Below are positions 29,775 to 40,615 of a stretch of DNA of 64,000 nt, one piece after another (the stretch's first letter is position 1; each line of letters begins with the position of its first letter). The DNA is from Patescibacteria group bacterium (GTDB taxonomy: Bacteria; Patescibacteriota; Patescibacteriia; CAIXNZ01), in NCBI GenBank assembly GCA_028714455.1, contig JAQTMG010000001.1, positions 568 through 64,567 of the forward strand. Direction: 5' to 3'. A program made the translations under genes and the position numbers. The notes beneath the pieces were generated by a model. It was not told the DNA's origin. It saw nothing but the letters and a program-made list of their open reading frames with translations, and ran no database searches.

Positions 29775-30263
29775 ATGAAAAAATTCTTATTCATCGCTGT
29801 TCTTTTAGCCACGCTCACGGCGGGTTGCAGTCTTACTCCAACAAATCAGAACCAACCGCCAGTGAACCAAGTTAGCGAAACTACTGTCAGTTTCCTGGTG
29901 TCGCCAGATGCCTACACAAAATACTGTAACGGCGCTGACATGGATAGCGCTGGTTATAAGAAATCATTGACTAAACTCGAGACGCAAACTGTGCCGGGAA
30001 ATTTAACAACTGCGGAAATCGCCAAAGAGGCGGTTATTTTGGCTTCGAAAGAATCAACTCTTGAAACCATAACGGGCAATCAGCCCGATTTTATAAAAAT
30101 AGTAGATGATACCGCTTACATTATACCGATTGAGGGCTGGGCAGGAGTTTCAATCTTTATGTGCGCCTGGCAACCGCTCGTGGAAACGAATCTTTTGCAA
30201 TTTTCCGAAATTAAAAATGTTGTCTGGGTAAATAATGCGCAACAATGGGCCGCTTTGAAATAA
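29775..30263 (+). CDS. lipoprotein
   Basis: Lipobox TAGC. Confidence 0.8.
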   Translation: MKKFLFIAVLLATLTAGCSLTPTNQNQPPVNQVSETTVSFLVSPDAYTKYCNGADMDSAGYKKSLTKLETQTVPGNLTTAEIAKEAVILASKESTLETITGNQPDFIKIVDDTAYIIPIEGWAGVSIFMCAWQPLVETNLLQFSEIKNVVWVNNAQQWAALK

Positions 30264-30414
30264 TTAAAAATTGATAAATAGAAAAAGGGGCTCGCTTCGC
30301 GAGCCCCTCTTGATTTAAAATCCTATTTTTTTAAGTATCTAGTCTTTTATCAGCTAGAACGAAGCGGAACTAACCGATTTGAAAAAAATCAAAAAATGTT
30401 TCATAATTGTATAT

Positions 30415-32247
30415 ATGAATTATCTATTACTCATAATTTCAAATCTGCTCGATTTGATCTTGCTAATCTTGCTGATTGTCTTGATAATCGGCATTTTTCA
30501 ATTGACAAAATCTCTTAAAAGAGAGTATGGGCTTATTCAGAAATTGAGAGTTGCCCCGAAGCTGATTGCGGCAAAACCGGATAAAATTTTCGAACAGCAC
30601 GTTGACCGAGATCTCAACGGCACGTTTTTGGCTTCCTACAACAAACATAAAGAGTCTAGCAAATTAATTAAACGCTTAATGGCCGGCACCGCGGCTTTTT
30701 TGGCCATCAAGCTAGTGGTGGTGAGTTTAATCTTTCTCCAGATCCCGAAGCCGAGCGATGCCCAGTCAAAATACTATTCCGCGCTTTACATGGCCAGCAC
30801 CTTTAACACGTTTACTAAAGGAACTTATACGCTTGCTCAATGGGATAACGATGGAATTGATTTAAAACCGGGCCAGCTTGATGGAAATTACATATCCGTA
30901 CCCATCGGCAGCGCAAATGCCATCAGTCAGTGGAAAAATCTTTCTTTCAAAACAGACCGCCCTTATGGACAGGCGCCGATTCTGAAAAATCTGATTGCGA
31001 CCTGGCCGCTTAACTCGCTCAACCAGTGTGCGGAAGCAAAATCCAAGTACACGTGCGCGGTCCAGGACGTCGTCCTAGCTGACGGGATATATGAAACCGA
31101 CGCTTACCGTTTCGATGGCTTCAGGTCAACAGTCAAAATAGAACAAAATGTTTCTCCCGCTGGTTCTTTCACTGTCGCGGCCTGGATCAGACCCGCCCAG
31201 TTTATTTTAAACGGCAATGAAAACCAAAACTATACGATTTTCGCCAAGGCTTACGGCGATTACACGGCCAAAACACCTTATGCTTTCAGATATCAATTAT
31301 TTTTCGGCATCAGAAACGGCAGTCTAACACTGCAATATTGGTCCGATACTAACCCCGAGCATTGGGTCAAGGTTCAAAACAACAAATTTAATTTTGACGC
31401 CGACCGCTGGTATCACGTTGCCGGGATTTACGACGCTACCAATAAGTCGCTTGAACTTTATATAGACGGCATTGAGCAATCCAATGTGCTCATAGACTAC
31501 GATGGAGGCAAAATCGACCATGCCCCCAACTTTAAAGAAAATCTGCCCAGCTGGATCGGCAGTTCCGCTTTCAGATGGACTGACGGGCAAGAAAAATCCG
31601 TCGATGTTTTTAATGGCACGATCGATCACGTTGTACTTGCTAATTCTGTCATGCCGCTAAACGACATCAGAAATCTGGTATATTCGGCCGGAAGAATAAT
31701 ATTTCAAGTACGTACCGGCGATACTCTGCCGCTGAACGGAATATTTTTTGGTCCAAAAGGCGACCCAACCCAATTTTTCACTAATTCAACTGCCAACGAC
31801 TTATCTTTCTTGCCTTCGAGCAAATACCTGCAGTATATGTGCTATTTAAGCAGACCCGATACGAATTTTAATCCTAAACTGGTTAATATCTACATTGATT
31901 ACTTGACGATGGAACAAGAGTCCGATTTCCAAATTTCTTCGGTTAACGGAGTAAATAACGGCTCAAATATTTCACGCGACCCCGTTAAAGAAAAGGAGGC
32001 TAACGATTTATTTTACAAATTCTTTGGCTATAAGCCGAAAAGCGAAGCCGATCAACAATTCGTTAATCTGCTCGCCTACGGGCAAGTGAGCAGTCGTAAT
32101 CTCACCCTGGAACAAAGCGGTCTGTCTGCTTTTGTTAAACATTACAAGCGCTTGCCAAAATCAGATCTGGACTGGCGCCTCGTCAGGGCGCTGGCTTATT
32201 GCCCGAAGGGAACAGAGCTCCTAAACGCCTGGCTCGGCAAAAAATAA
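30415..32247 (+). CDS. membrane protein with LamG/concanavalin-like domain
   Basis: Two TM segments; SFTVAAWIRP, WYHVAGIYD, LYIDG, FNGTIDHV; start uncertain. Confidence 0.85.
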   Translation: MNYLLLIISNLLDLILLILLIVLIIGIFQLTKSLKREYGLIQKLRVAPKLIAAKPDKIFEQHVDRDLNGTFLASYNKHKESSKLIKRLMAGTAAFLAIKLVVVSLIFLQIPKPSDAQSKYYSALYMASTFNTFTKGTYTLAQWDNDGIDLKPGQLDGNYISVPIGSANAISQWKNLSFKTDRPYGQAPILKNLIATWPLNSLNQCAEAKSKYTCAVQDVVLADGIYETDAYRFDGFRSTVKIEQNVSPAGSFTVAAWIRPAQFILNGNENQNYTIFAKAYGDYTAKTPYAFRYQLFFGIRNGSLTLQYWSDTNPEHWVKVQNNKFNFDADRWYHVAGIYDATNKSLELYIDGIEQSNVLIDYDGGKIDHAPNFKENLPSWIGSSAFRWTDGQEKSVDVFNGTIDHVVLANSVMPLNDIRNLVYSAGRIIFQVRTGDTLPLNGIFFGPKGDPTQFFTNSTANDLSFLPSSKYLQYMCYLSRPDTNFNPKLVNIYIDYLTMEQESDFQISSVNGVNNGSNISRDPVKEKEANDLFYKFFGYKPKSEADQQFVNLLAYGQVSSRNLTLEQSGLSAFVKHYKRLPKSDLDWRLVRALAYCPKGTELLNAWLGKK

Positions 32248-32352
32248 CTTTGTCGCCAAACACTTTTTTACGTTTACCTCGCTGATTGACAGGCGTCTTT
32301 TTTTAATGTAAAATAAACTAACGACAAAAAATAAATAACCCAAATTGAATGT

Positions 32353-34179
32353 ATGAGTAAAACAATTTTAAAAAATTTTTTAGTATTTTTGATAATCTTT
32401 CTAGTCATCGCTGTGCTTTTTAGCACTTACTACGTGACAGCCGAAAAGCCGACCACCATCGGCCTTGAAAAAGTTGTCCAACAGTTAAACAACGGGGAAA
32501 TTTCACAAATCATTGTTAAGGGTGATCAGCTGGAAATAACCCAAACCAACGGCAAAAAGGAAGTCTCCAGCAAGGAAAGCACTGAATCGTTAAGCACGCT
32601 TTTAAAAAATTTCGGTGTCGAGGCGAATAAACTTCAAAATGTAAATATAGAGATCCAAAGTGGCGGTGACTGGAGCTTCTGGCTAACCACGATTTTGCCG
32701 TTTTTGATTCCTTTTATTTTAATCGTACTTTTTGTTTACTTCATGATGCGGCAGCTCCAAGGCGCCAACACCAAAGCTCTCTCCTTTGGCCAGAGTCAGG
32801 CAAGAGAAATTCAGCAAAAAGGAAAAGCAAAAATTACTTTTAAAGACGTAGCCGGTTGCAAAGAAGCCAAAGAAGAACTGACCGAGATAGTTGAATTTTT
32901 AAAAAACCCCCGCAAATTTACGCAGCTCGGCGCTAAAATACCCAAGGGCGTTCTTTTGATGGGCGCGCCTGGGACGGGCAAAACTCTACTGGCCAAAGCA
33001 GTGGCCGGCGAAGCCGACGTGCCGTTTTTTTCAATTTCAGGCTCTGAATTCGTGGAAATGTTTGTCGGTGTCGGCGCTTCCCGCGTACGTGATCTTTTCA
33101 AAAGAGCAAAAAAATCAGCGCCCTGTATAATTTTTATTGATGAGATTGACGCCGTCGGCAGACAAAGAGGAGCCGGCCTAGGCGGTTCGCATGATGAAAG
33201 GGAGCAGACACTCAACCAAATCCTGGTGGAGATGGACGGCATGGAGACAAAAATTAATGTCATTGTCATGGCCGCCACCAACAGGCCAGATGTTTTAGAC
33301 CCGGCGCTCTTAAGGCCAGGACGATTTGATCGTCGCGTTATTCTTGATCTGCCTGACATTAACGACAGAGAAGCGATTCTAAAAGTGCACGCCGAAAATA
33401 AACCGATTTCCAGAGAAACAGACCTGCGAAGAATCGCCGAAAGAACTCCTGGTTTTTCCGGCGCTGACTTAGCCAACCTGCTTAACGAAGCCGCGATTTT
33501 ATCGGCCAGACGCAATAAAAAAATAATTGAACAGGCGGAAATTTTTGAAAGTGTTGAAAAGGTTATGCTCGGCCCCGAAAGAAAAAGTCATATCTTAAAC
33601 GAAGCGGAAAAGAAAATAACCGCCTTCCATGAAGCGGGTCATGCCTTGGTCGCTCATGAACTGCCTCACGTCGACAGGGTACAGAAGGTTTCAATTATTT
33701 CACGCGGCCAGGCAGCCGGTTACACGCTCAAATTGCCCATAGAAGACAGGCATCTTCATTCGAGGTCAGAATTTATCGAAGAGCTGTCTGTCTTACTCGC
33801 CGGCTTTGTCGCCGAAAAAGAAATCTTTGGCGAAGTCACCACTGGCGCTTCCAGCGACTTGAGAACCGCCACCGAGTTGGCCAAGAGCATTGTCACGGAA
33901 TACGGCATGGACGAAAATATCGGTCCGCGCACCCTGGGCGAGCGCGAAGAACTAATCTTTTTGGGTAAGGAGATTCACGAGCAGAGGGACTACAGCGAAA
34001 AAACAGCCGAGAGGATTGACCAGAGCATAAGCGCGCTTATCTCTTCGGCCCAGCTCACCGCCAAAAACATCATAATTAAAGACAGAAAGCAGCTAGAAAA
34101 AATCGTCAACGAACTCATCAAGAAAGAGACTCTGGAGAAAGAAGAATTCGAAGCGCTTTTCCCCAAAACCAAAAAATAA
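32353..34179 (+). CDS. ftsH: ATP-dependent zinc metalloprotease FtsH
   Basis: Two TMs, [27 protein letters not shown]. Confidence 0.98.
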   Translation: MSKTILKNFLVFLIIFLVIAVLFSTYYVTAEKPTTIGLEKVVQQLNNGEISQIIVKGDQLEITQTNGKKEVSSKESTESLSTLLKNFGVEANKLQNVNIEIQSGGDWSFWLTTILPFLIPFILIVLFVYFMMRQLQGANTKALSFGQSQAREIQQKGKAKITFKDVAGCKEAKEELTEIVEFLKNPRKFTQLGAKIPKGVLLMGAPGTGKTLLAKAVAGEADVPFFSISGSEFVEMFVGVGASRVRDLFKRAKKSAPCIIFIDEIDAVGRQRGAGLGGSHDEREQTLNQILVEMDGMETKINVIVMAATNRPDVLDPALLRPGRFDRRVILDLPDINDREAILKVHAENKPISRETDLRRIAERTPGFSGADLANLLNEAAILSARRNKKIIEQAEIFESVEKVMLGPERKSHILNEAEKKITAFHEAGHALVAHELPHVDRVQKVSIISRGQAAGYTLKLPIEDRHLHSRSEFIEELSVLLAGFVAEKEIFGEVTTGASSDLRTATELAKSIVTEYGMDENIGPRTLGEREELIFLGKEIHEQRDYSEKTAERIDQSISALISSAQLTAKNIIIKDRKQLEKIVNELIKKETLEKEEFEALFPKTKK

Positions 34180-34318
34180 AGAAAATAACTTATTTTTAAA
34201 ACCCCCGCGGCGCGGGGGTTTTAGATTGAGTAAGAAAGCGAAATATTGTATAATACTAATAGGCAAAATCAAAATAAAAAATTTATCAATCTATTGATAA
34301 ATTAGAAAGGGAAAAAAT

Positions 34319-35374
34319 ATGGACATCACCTACAGAGCAATTTTAAAAAATGCTCTACGCGTTGTTTGGAAAAATAAAATTCTCTGGTTTTTCGGCATCT
34401 TCGCCTCGTTCCTGACTTTCGGCGGAGTCTACGAAATAATCATCGGCCAGATCAACCTGTTCAGAAACAGAGAGATTTTATATAACTCCGTTTTGAATCT
34501 CTATTCCAATCAGAGCTTGTTTTTAAACAAAAATATCTATTTTCTCAATCTGCTTTCCTCTGACAGCAGTGCCTATATATATTTTATTTTAGCCGCCGTT
34601 TTGGTGCTGTTTTTTTTCTGGTTTGCCTTCGTCTCCCAGATTTTTATCATAAAGTCTTCTTATCTGCTGTACAGAAAAAAAATCATGGAGACCAAAAAAA
34701 TATTTCATCAGAGCACGACAAAATTCTGGCCGGTCCTGGGGATTAACATCATAGTTAAACTGATTCTGTACGCCGGCTTTATCGCCTTCAGTTTGCCGCT
34801 CTTCTTCTCGCTTTATACCAATCAAATAAATAACGTGACGGCGGCCAGTATTTTTCTCTTTGTGCTTTTTACTCTGTTGGCGATCTTTCTGGAATTTATA
34901 AACGCCTATGCCACCAACTTTGTGGCCGTTAAAAATCATCCGATGATCGAGGCTGTAAAAGAGAGCTGGCGGCTTTTTGCCAAAAACATCACGATCAGTC
35001 TTGAAATCGCGCTAATACTTTTTGTCTTGAAGATAGTTGCTCTCATTATTATTTTTTCTCTCTTTTTCTTATTGCTAATGCCGCTTTCTTTATATCTATT
35101 CGCTTCGCTGGGCCTGAATTCACCGGCTAATTTCGTACTGGCCATCTCGCTCATCGTGCTGGCCTTTACCCTCATTTCTGTTTTTATAAATTCATTTTTT
35201 GCCGCTTTTTCTCTCTCTACCTGGGCGATTACTTTTGCTAAACTGTCCGAGGAATCAATGATGAGCAAACTGGCTCGCGTGGCCAGAAAAATCCCCGCTA
35301 TCTTAAGAAGAAGCGCGATAAACAAAATCAACGGTGTGAAGAAGCTAGGTGCTAGAAAAAAAATAAAAAAATAA
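34319..35374 (+). CDS. polytopic membrane protein
   Basis: Multiple hydrophobic helices. Confidence 0.8.
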   Translation: MDITYRAILKNALRVVWKNKILWFFGIFASFLTFGGVYEIIIGQINLFRNREILYNSVLNLYSNQSLFLNKNIYFLNLLSSDSSAYIYFILAAVLVLFFFWFAFVSQIFIIKSSYLLYRKKIMETKKIFHQSTTKFWPVLGINIIVKLILYAGFIAFSLPLFFSLYTNQINNVTAASIFLFVLFTLLAIFLEFINAYATNFVAVKNHPMIEAVKESWRLFAKNITISLEIALILFVLKIVALIIIFSLFFLLLMPLSLYLFASLGLNSPANFVLAISLIVLAFTLISVFINSFFAAFSLSTWAITFAKLSEESMMSKLARVARKIPAILRRSAINKINGVKKLGARKKIKK

Positions 35375-35394
35375 CGTCTCGTTATTGACTAATT

Positions 35395-37140
35395 ATGGCT
35401 GACCAAAAAGAGGAAAACGAAGTAAAGGGAATCGAGGAATTGATTTCTGAAAGTAAAAAAAACGCCACCCCAAAAATTTCTGAAAAAAAGGTGGCGGAAG
35501 TGTTTGAAGAGAAAATGGGGAAAATCAGGATTCAAGAACTTGAGGCGGTCGCTCAAAAAGAAGCGGCTTCTCTTGGCTATTCCTACATAAACCTAGTCGG
35601 TTTTCCAATCAACAGTGAATCAATAAACAGTATTCCCAAAGATACGGCGCTTAAACAAAAAGTTGTCTGTTTCGTTAAAACCGATGAGGGGGTGAAAATC
35701 GCTTCCACTAATCCTGCCAACCCCAAACTCAAAGAAATTCTCGACACTCTAATCAAAGACACCTTCACCGGCAAGGGCGAAATTTTTCTTACCTCGGAAA
35801 ATAGCTTGCAGAGTGCCATAAAATTATATGAAAAATTTCCACCAGCCCGAGAATTCGTGGCCGGCGTGCAGATTACCGGGGAAGAGCTAACTGCTCTTAA
35901 AAAAGAGCTCAAAAATTTCGGCATACTCAACGCCCGACTCAACGAAGAAAAAAATATTACTCAAGTTATCAAGATATTGCTGGCCGGCGCCCTGCAGTCA
36001 GAGGCCTCGGACATCCATATCGAAACAGAGGAGAACAAAATAACGATTCGCTACAGAATTGACGGCGTTTTGCACGTTGTCGCCACCATGCCGAAAAAAA
36101 TCTGGGACTTGCTTGATTCTCGAATCAAGACAATCGCCGGCCTGATGATAAACGTTACTGAAAAACCGCAGGACGGGCGCATCACCATGATCATGAAAGA
36201 GACGGGCAATCTCGAAATCCGCGTTTCTACTCTGCCGACCGCCTACGGTGAAAGTATTGTCATGCGTTTATTAAGTTCAAAAATCGCCAGTCTGAAATTT
36301 GAAGATCTGGGCCTGCGCGGCAAATCTTATGAGGATCTAAAAAAACAAGTCGAGCGGCCGACTGGCATGATTATCACGACCGGTCCGACCGGTTCTGGCA
36401 AAACCACCACTCTTTACGCTATCTTGAGCAAGCTAAATAATCCCGAGACAAAAATCATTACGCTCGAAGACCCCATTGAATATAAACTCGAGGGCATTGC
36501 CCAGAGCCAGATCGACCACGATAAAGGCTACTCATTTGCCTCGGGCTTGCGTTCAATCTTAAGACAGGACCCTGACATTATCATGGTTGGCGAGTTGCGC
36601 GACCTGGAGACGTGCGAGGTCGCCGTTCAAGCGGCCCTGACCGGTCACGAAGTTGTCTCCACGTTGCACACCAATGACGCGGCCGGCGCCATTCCCCGCT
36701 TTCTTTCAATGGGCGTTAAACCATATTTATTAGCCCCATCGTTAAACGCCGTCATCGGCCAGCGCCTGGTCAGGAAGATCCATGATAAATGCAAAATAGA
36801 AGCCAAGCCAGAACCCGAACAGCTGGCCAAGATCAAGGAAATTCTGGAAAAACTGCCGCCAAATTCTGGCTACAAAATAGATCTCAATAAATTGAAATTT
36901 TACCGCGGCCAGGGTTGCGATGGATGCAATCACATTGGCCTAAAAGGCAGAATCGGTATTTATGAAATATTCACTCTTAACGCTGACATAGAGAAAGAAA
37001 TACTCGGTGGCAAAACTTCCGAATACAGGATGGCCGAACTCGCCTTTGCCGAGGGCATGATCACCATGGCCCAGGACGGCTTGCTCAAGGCCCTTGACGG
37101 CATCACCACAATCGATGAGGTCTTTAGAGTCGCCGAATAG
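35395..37140 (+). CDS. GspE/PilB type IV pilus/T2SS assembly ATPase
   Basis: ASDIHIE, RYRIDGVL, PQDGR, GPTGSGKTTTLY, LRQDPDIIMVGE, STLHTND. Confidence 0.95.
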   Translation: MADQKEENEVKGIEELISESKKNATPKISEKKVAEVFEEKMGKIRIQELEAVAQKEAASLGYSYINLVGFPINSESINSIPKDTALKQKVVCFVKTDEGVKIASTNPANPKLKEILDTLIKDTFTGKGEIFLTSENSLQSAIKLYEKFPPAREFVAGVQITGEELTALKKELKNFGILNARLNEEKNITQVIKILLAGALQSEASDIHIETEENKITIRYRIDGVLHVVATMPKKIWDLLDSRIKTIAGLMINVTEKPQDGRITMIMKETGNLEIRVSTLPTAYGESIVMRLLSSKIASLKFEDLGLRGKSYEDLKKQVERPTGMIITTGPTGSGKTTTLYAILSKLNNPETKIITLEDPIEYKLEGIAQSQIDHDKGYSFASGLRSILRQDPDIIMVGELRDLETCEVAVQAALTGHEVVSTLHTNDAAGAIPRFLSMGVKPYLLAPSLNAVIGQRLVRKIHDKCKIEAKPEPEQLAKIKEILEKLPPNSGYKIDLNKLKFYRGQGCDGCNHIGLKGRIGIYEIFTLNADIEKEILGGKTSEYRMAELAFAEGMITMAQDGLLKALDGITTIDEVFRVAE

Positions 37141-37199
37141 CTTGACATAATACTTAACGCGTGCTAAGATTTTTTATCAAGGACAGAGGGAGGTAAAAA

Positions 37200-37391
37200 A
37201 TGACAAAGGCAGTTGCGGAAGATCTGCACGAAAGAAGGGTAAAAAAAATAATCAAAAAAGGAGTAGCCGAGATGAAGGATGGGAAGACAGCCGTCTTCCG
37301 AGTGAGCGAGCTTATCGCGGCCGAAACAAATCATCTCAAGGCGAAAGATGACGCAAGAAGAAGGAAACAAAAAAAAGAAGCTCTTAGCTAA
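37200..37391 (+). CDS. small basic hypothetical protein
   Basis: GGGAGG SD and TTGACA promoter upstream. Confidence 0.55.
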   Translation: MTKAVAEDLHERRVKKIIKKGVAEMKDGKTAVFRVSELIAAETNHLKAKDDARRRKQKKEALS

Positions 37392-38175
37392 GAGCTTCTT
37401 TCTTTATTCTGTTTAATATTTCTTGGTATCTATCTTGAAAATCTTTATATTTTTCTTTTTTAAACTTGGACTGCTTTGCCAACAAATCAATATTGTCAAT
37501 AATCTTCTGGAGCTGGTCCGTAACTTCTTTCTCCACCGATTCCCTGACTTTTTCTAATTCCGTTTCCTCTGTCAGACTTAATTCTTTATGCTCCTTGATT
37601 TTTAGCATAAGATCCTGCATCTTGAGCGCGGCCTCGGAGCTCAAAACAACGGCGATTTTCGGCAGTTCAATTCTGCCCTTAATATCGCTGGCCTGATCTT
37701 CGAAATATTTTAAGCGGCCGAGTTCGCCTCGGCGCAAAAAATTCAGGATATTTTCGCGCTTAGCATTTATCACCTCGTAATCAGTCGAGGTCGTAACGTC
37801 AACGCCCAGATACAGCGGCTTGTCTTTCTCGTCAAGACGCAGAACAAAATCAATGCCATTTTTTATGTCGTCATATTCGCTGGTCGGCAAAACTTCAATC
37901 CCCTCGGCTATCCATTCAGCCTCATAAATTCCCTCCATAATCACTGATTCGCCGACAATGGCCGTCTCGCCTCGGGCCGCAAATTTCTCCTTAAGCTTTT
38001 CAATCTCCTCGGAATCAGCCGCGATTTCCTTGGCCGGATAAACATCAGAGAAATTTTTTATCTTGGGTTTTAATTTGTTCCATTCCGCCTGAATTTTTTC
38101 TAAAAAATCAGGGTTGTTGCTCGCACCTTCTTTTCGATTTATTTCACCGATGGCTATTTCCTCTATATTTTTCAT
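37384..38175 (-). CDS. hypothetical protein (possible PD-(D/E)xK-like fold)
   Basis: 263-aa ORF; DDIKNGIDFVL...LGVDVT acidic pattern. Confidence 0.7.
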   Translation of the reverse strand: MKNIEEIAIGEINRKEGASNNPDFLEKIQAEWNKLKPKIKNFSDVYPAKEIAADSEEIEKLKEKFAARGETAIVGESVIMEGIYEAEWIAEGIEVLPTSEYDDIKNGIDFVLRLDEKDKPLYLGVDVTTSTDYEVINAKRENILNFLRRGELGRLKYFEDQASDIKGRIELPKIAVVLSSEAALKMQDLMLKIKEHKELSLTEETELEKVRESVEKEVTDQLQKIIDNIDLLAKQSKFKKEKYKDFQDRYQEILNRIKKEALS

Positions 38176-38227
38176 ATCATTTTATAGAATAATTTATAAT
38201 TAATCATAGCATTTTTTTAGCCAAAAG

Positions 38228-38668
38228 TCAATGCCTAACTACTAAAAATTCTCTGCCGTTTCTTGTCGTTTTTATTTTTAGCCAGATAACTTTTTTAAAT
38301 TTTTTTAAATAATTTTTAATCTTATCCGCCCATTCAATCACCACGACGCTATTTGGGTTATTTAAATATTCTTCAAGCCCTAAATAAAATAATTCCTGCG
38401 GCTCATCAAGCCGATAACAATCTACGTGAATTAAGGCTCTGAGCCCCGAGCTCTGAGCCCCGAGCTCGTATACCTTCATCAAAACAAAAGTCGGGCTGGT
38501 GATGTGTTTTTTAATTCCAAACGCATGACCAAGAGCTTGCGCAAAAGTCGTCTTGCCCGCGCCCAAATCGCCTTCCAGCGCCAAAATCTCCCCGCCCTTC
38601 AACTTTTCGGCAATCTTGGCGGCGATCTTGGTAGTATCTTGTTCTGATTTTGAAATGATTGTTTTCAT
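38228..38668 (-). CDS. tsaE: tRNA t6A biosynthesis ATPase TsaE
   Basis: GDLGAGKTTF, ITSPTF, HVDCYRL, VIEWAD. Confidence 0.95.
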   Translation of the reverse strand: MKTIISKSEQDTTKIAAKIAEKLKGGEILALEGDLGAGKTTFAQALGHAFGIKKHITSPTFVLMKVYELGAQSSGLRALIHVDCYRLDEPQELFYLGLEEYLNNPNSVVVIEWADKIKNYLKKFKKVIWLKIKTTRNGREFLVVRH

Positions 38669-38695
38669 AATAGTTCATGAGAAAGAGGGGATGAT

Positions 38696-38802
38696 GGGCG
38701 AAAAAAGCCTTTGTCTCGTACTGTCATCCTGAGCATAGTCGAAGGATCCATAACATCATGGATTCCTCTCTGCGCTCGGAATGACAAAGGCTTTTTTCGC
38801 CC
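38696..38802. repeat. palindromic REP-like element
   Basis: 20-bp perfect IR GGGCGAAAAAAGCCTTTGTC/GACAAAGGCTTTTTTCGCCC around TGTCATCCTGAGC..GAAGGATC...GGAATGACA. Confidence 0.8.
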
Positions 38803-38956
38803 TACCAAAATTCTCAATTCTATATTCTATGTCTATATTCTAAGATTCCAAATAACAAACAAATAGTAATTTCCAAGCACTAAATTATAAACGCGTTTAT
38901 TATTTATAATTTATTATTTTGAATTTGTTTGGGTTTTGGTGCTTGCGATTTGGTCA

Positions 38957-39997
38957 TTATAGTTCTAGATTTGGTTCCACTTTAATCGTTTTCCACGCCT
39001 CATAAAAATTCTTCGGTTTATCTTTATATTCGAAGTAAGCGGAAATGGCCACCATCAAGGCATTGTCAGTTGTCATATTTAATTCTGGTTGAAAAAATTT
39101 TACGCCTTTTAATTCCAAATCAATCTTTTCTGCCAATTGTTTTCTTAATTCCTTGTTCGCTGCCACACCACCGCCCAACAAAATAGATTTGACCCCATAT
39201 TTTTTAGCGGCCTCAATTGTTTTTTTCACTAAAACATCGACGCAGGCCTGCTGAAAAGACGCGCACATTTTTCTCACATTTTCTTTGTCTTTGAATTGCT
39301 CCCACTCCCACTCATTTTTCACAGCCGTTTTTAAACCAGAAAAAGAAAAATCAAAATCGCCCGAGTTAATCATGGGTCTAGGCAGCTTATAAAATTCTTT
39401 GTCTGCATTTTCTGCTTTTTCTGAAATAATTGGACCGCCTGGATAACCAAGCCCTAAAATTTTCGCCACCTTATCAAAGGCCTCACCCACCGCGTCATCT
39501 CTTGTCTGACCAACTGTTTTAAAATTATTTTCATCTTTCATGGAAACTAACATGGTGTGCCCGCCCGAAACAACCAGGCACATAGCTGGATATTTTATTT
39601 TAACTAAACTACCCGATTCGCCCTCAACCAAATTTGCCAAAATATGCGCCTTCATATGATCAACCGGAATCAGGGGCTTTTGCCAAACCAAAGATAGGGT
39701 TTTGGCAGTTTCAATGCCGACAATCAATGAAGTAATTAAACCCGGACCATAAACCACGCCAATGGCCTCAATATCTTTTGGACTAACTTTTGCCTTGACC
39801 ATGGCTTTTTCCAAAAGTGGCAAAAGATTATCCAGATGTTTTCTGGCTGCGATTTCCGGCACCACCCCGCCATATTTTTTAAATATGTTGACTTGCGAAG
39901 AAACTAAATTCGCCAAAACTCTAAACTTATCGCCTTTAATTTCTAATAAAGCGACTCCGGTCTCGTCACATGAACTTTCAATGCCTAAAATTAACAT
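38957..39997 (-). CDS. tsaD: tRNA N6-adenosine threonylcarbamoyltransferase TsaD
   Basis: LGIESSCDETG, GGVVPEIAARKH, VSGGHT, DDAVGEAFDKVA, FSFSGLKTA, DNALM. Confidence 0.97.
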   Translation of the reverse strand: MLILGIESSCDETGVALLEIKGDKFRVLANLVSSQVNIFKKYGGVVPEIAARKHLDNLLPLLEKAMVKAKVSPKDIEAIGVVYGPGLITSLIVGIETAKTLSLVWQKPLIPVDHMKAHILANLVEGESGSLVKIKYPAMCLVVSGGHTMLVSMKDENNFKTVGQTRDDAVGEAFDKVAKILGLGYPGGPIISEKAENADKEFYKLPRPMINSGDFDFSFSGLKTAVKNEWEWEQFKDKENVRKMCASFQQACVDVLVKKTIEAAKKYGVKSILLGGGVAANKELRKQLAEKIDLELKGVKFFQPELNMTTDNALMVAISAYFEYKDKPKNFYEAWKTIKVEPNLEL

Positions 39998-40145
39998 AAT
40001 TGGTTTATTGGTATATTTGTTTATTAGTTAAATGGTATCGTTAAAATGCTATTTTTTCAAGATTGCGGAAAGAGTGAAATCAAGGTAGAATTAAATTACG
40101 AAACATTAAGACGTTCATTTCTACTTTAAATATTATGATAATAGA

Positions 40146-40610
40146 ATGGAACATATCTCTAAAAAAACGACGCAGAATATTAGTGATGCCTTGAGAGAAA
40201 TTGGCGAACTTTCAAGTGTATTCTATTTATACTATTATTTTAACGACAAAGGCTGGTCAGTATACAGAAATTATGACGAGAAGGGTTATGATATATTGTT
40301 GTTTAATGAAAAAACGGGCGAAAAAAGAAAGATAGAAGTAAAGACCAGGCAAAGACTAATCAGCTCTGCAAGTAACAAAAATAAAAATACACATTTTACT
40401 TTAACAGAATTGGAAAAAAATGAAGCAGATTTTTTAATAGGATTCTGGTTTGAATACAATATGTTTTTCATAGTTCCAACTTCAAAATTAATGGAAACCA
40501 AATCAAATGACAAAAAACTATATAAATTCATAGTATCACTTGATAAAGATAATAAACCCGATGAAAACTCCGGGAAATATCTGGGTAATTGGGGGGATGT
40601 AATAAAATAA
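40146..40610 (+). CDS. PD-(D/E)xK-like nuclease domain protein
   Basis: EIGE...GYDILL...KIEVKT pattern. Confidence 0.65.
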   Translation: MEHISKKTTQNISDALREIGELSSVFYLYYYFNDKGWSVYRNYDEKGYDILLFNEKTGEKRKIEVKTRQRLISSASNKNKNTHFTLTELEKNEADFLIGFWFEYNMFFIVPTSKLMETKSNDKKLYKFIVSLDKDNKPDENSGKYLGNWGDVIK

Positions 40611-40615
40611 TAAAT

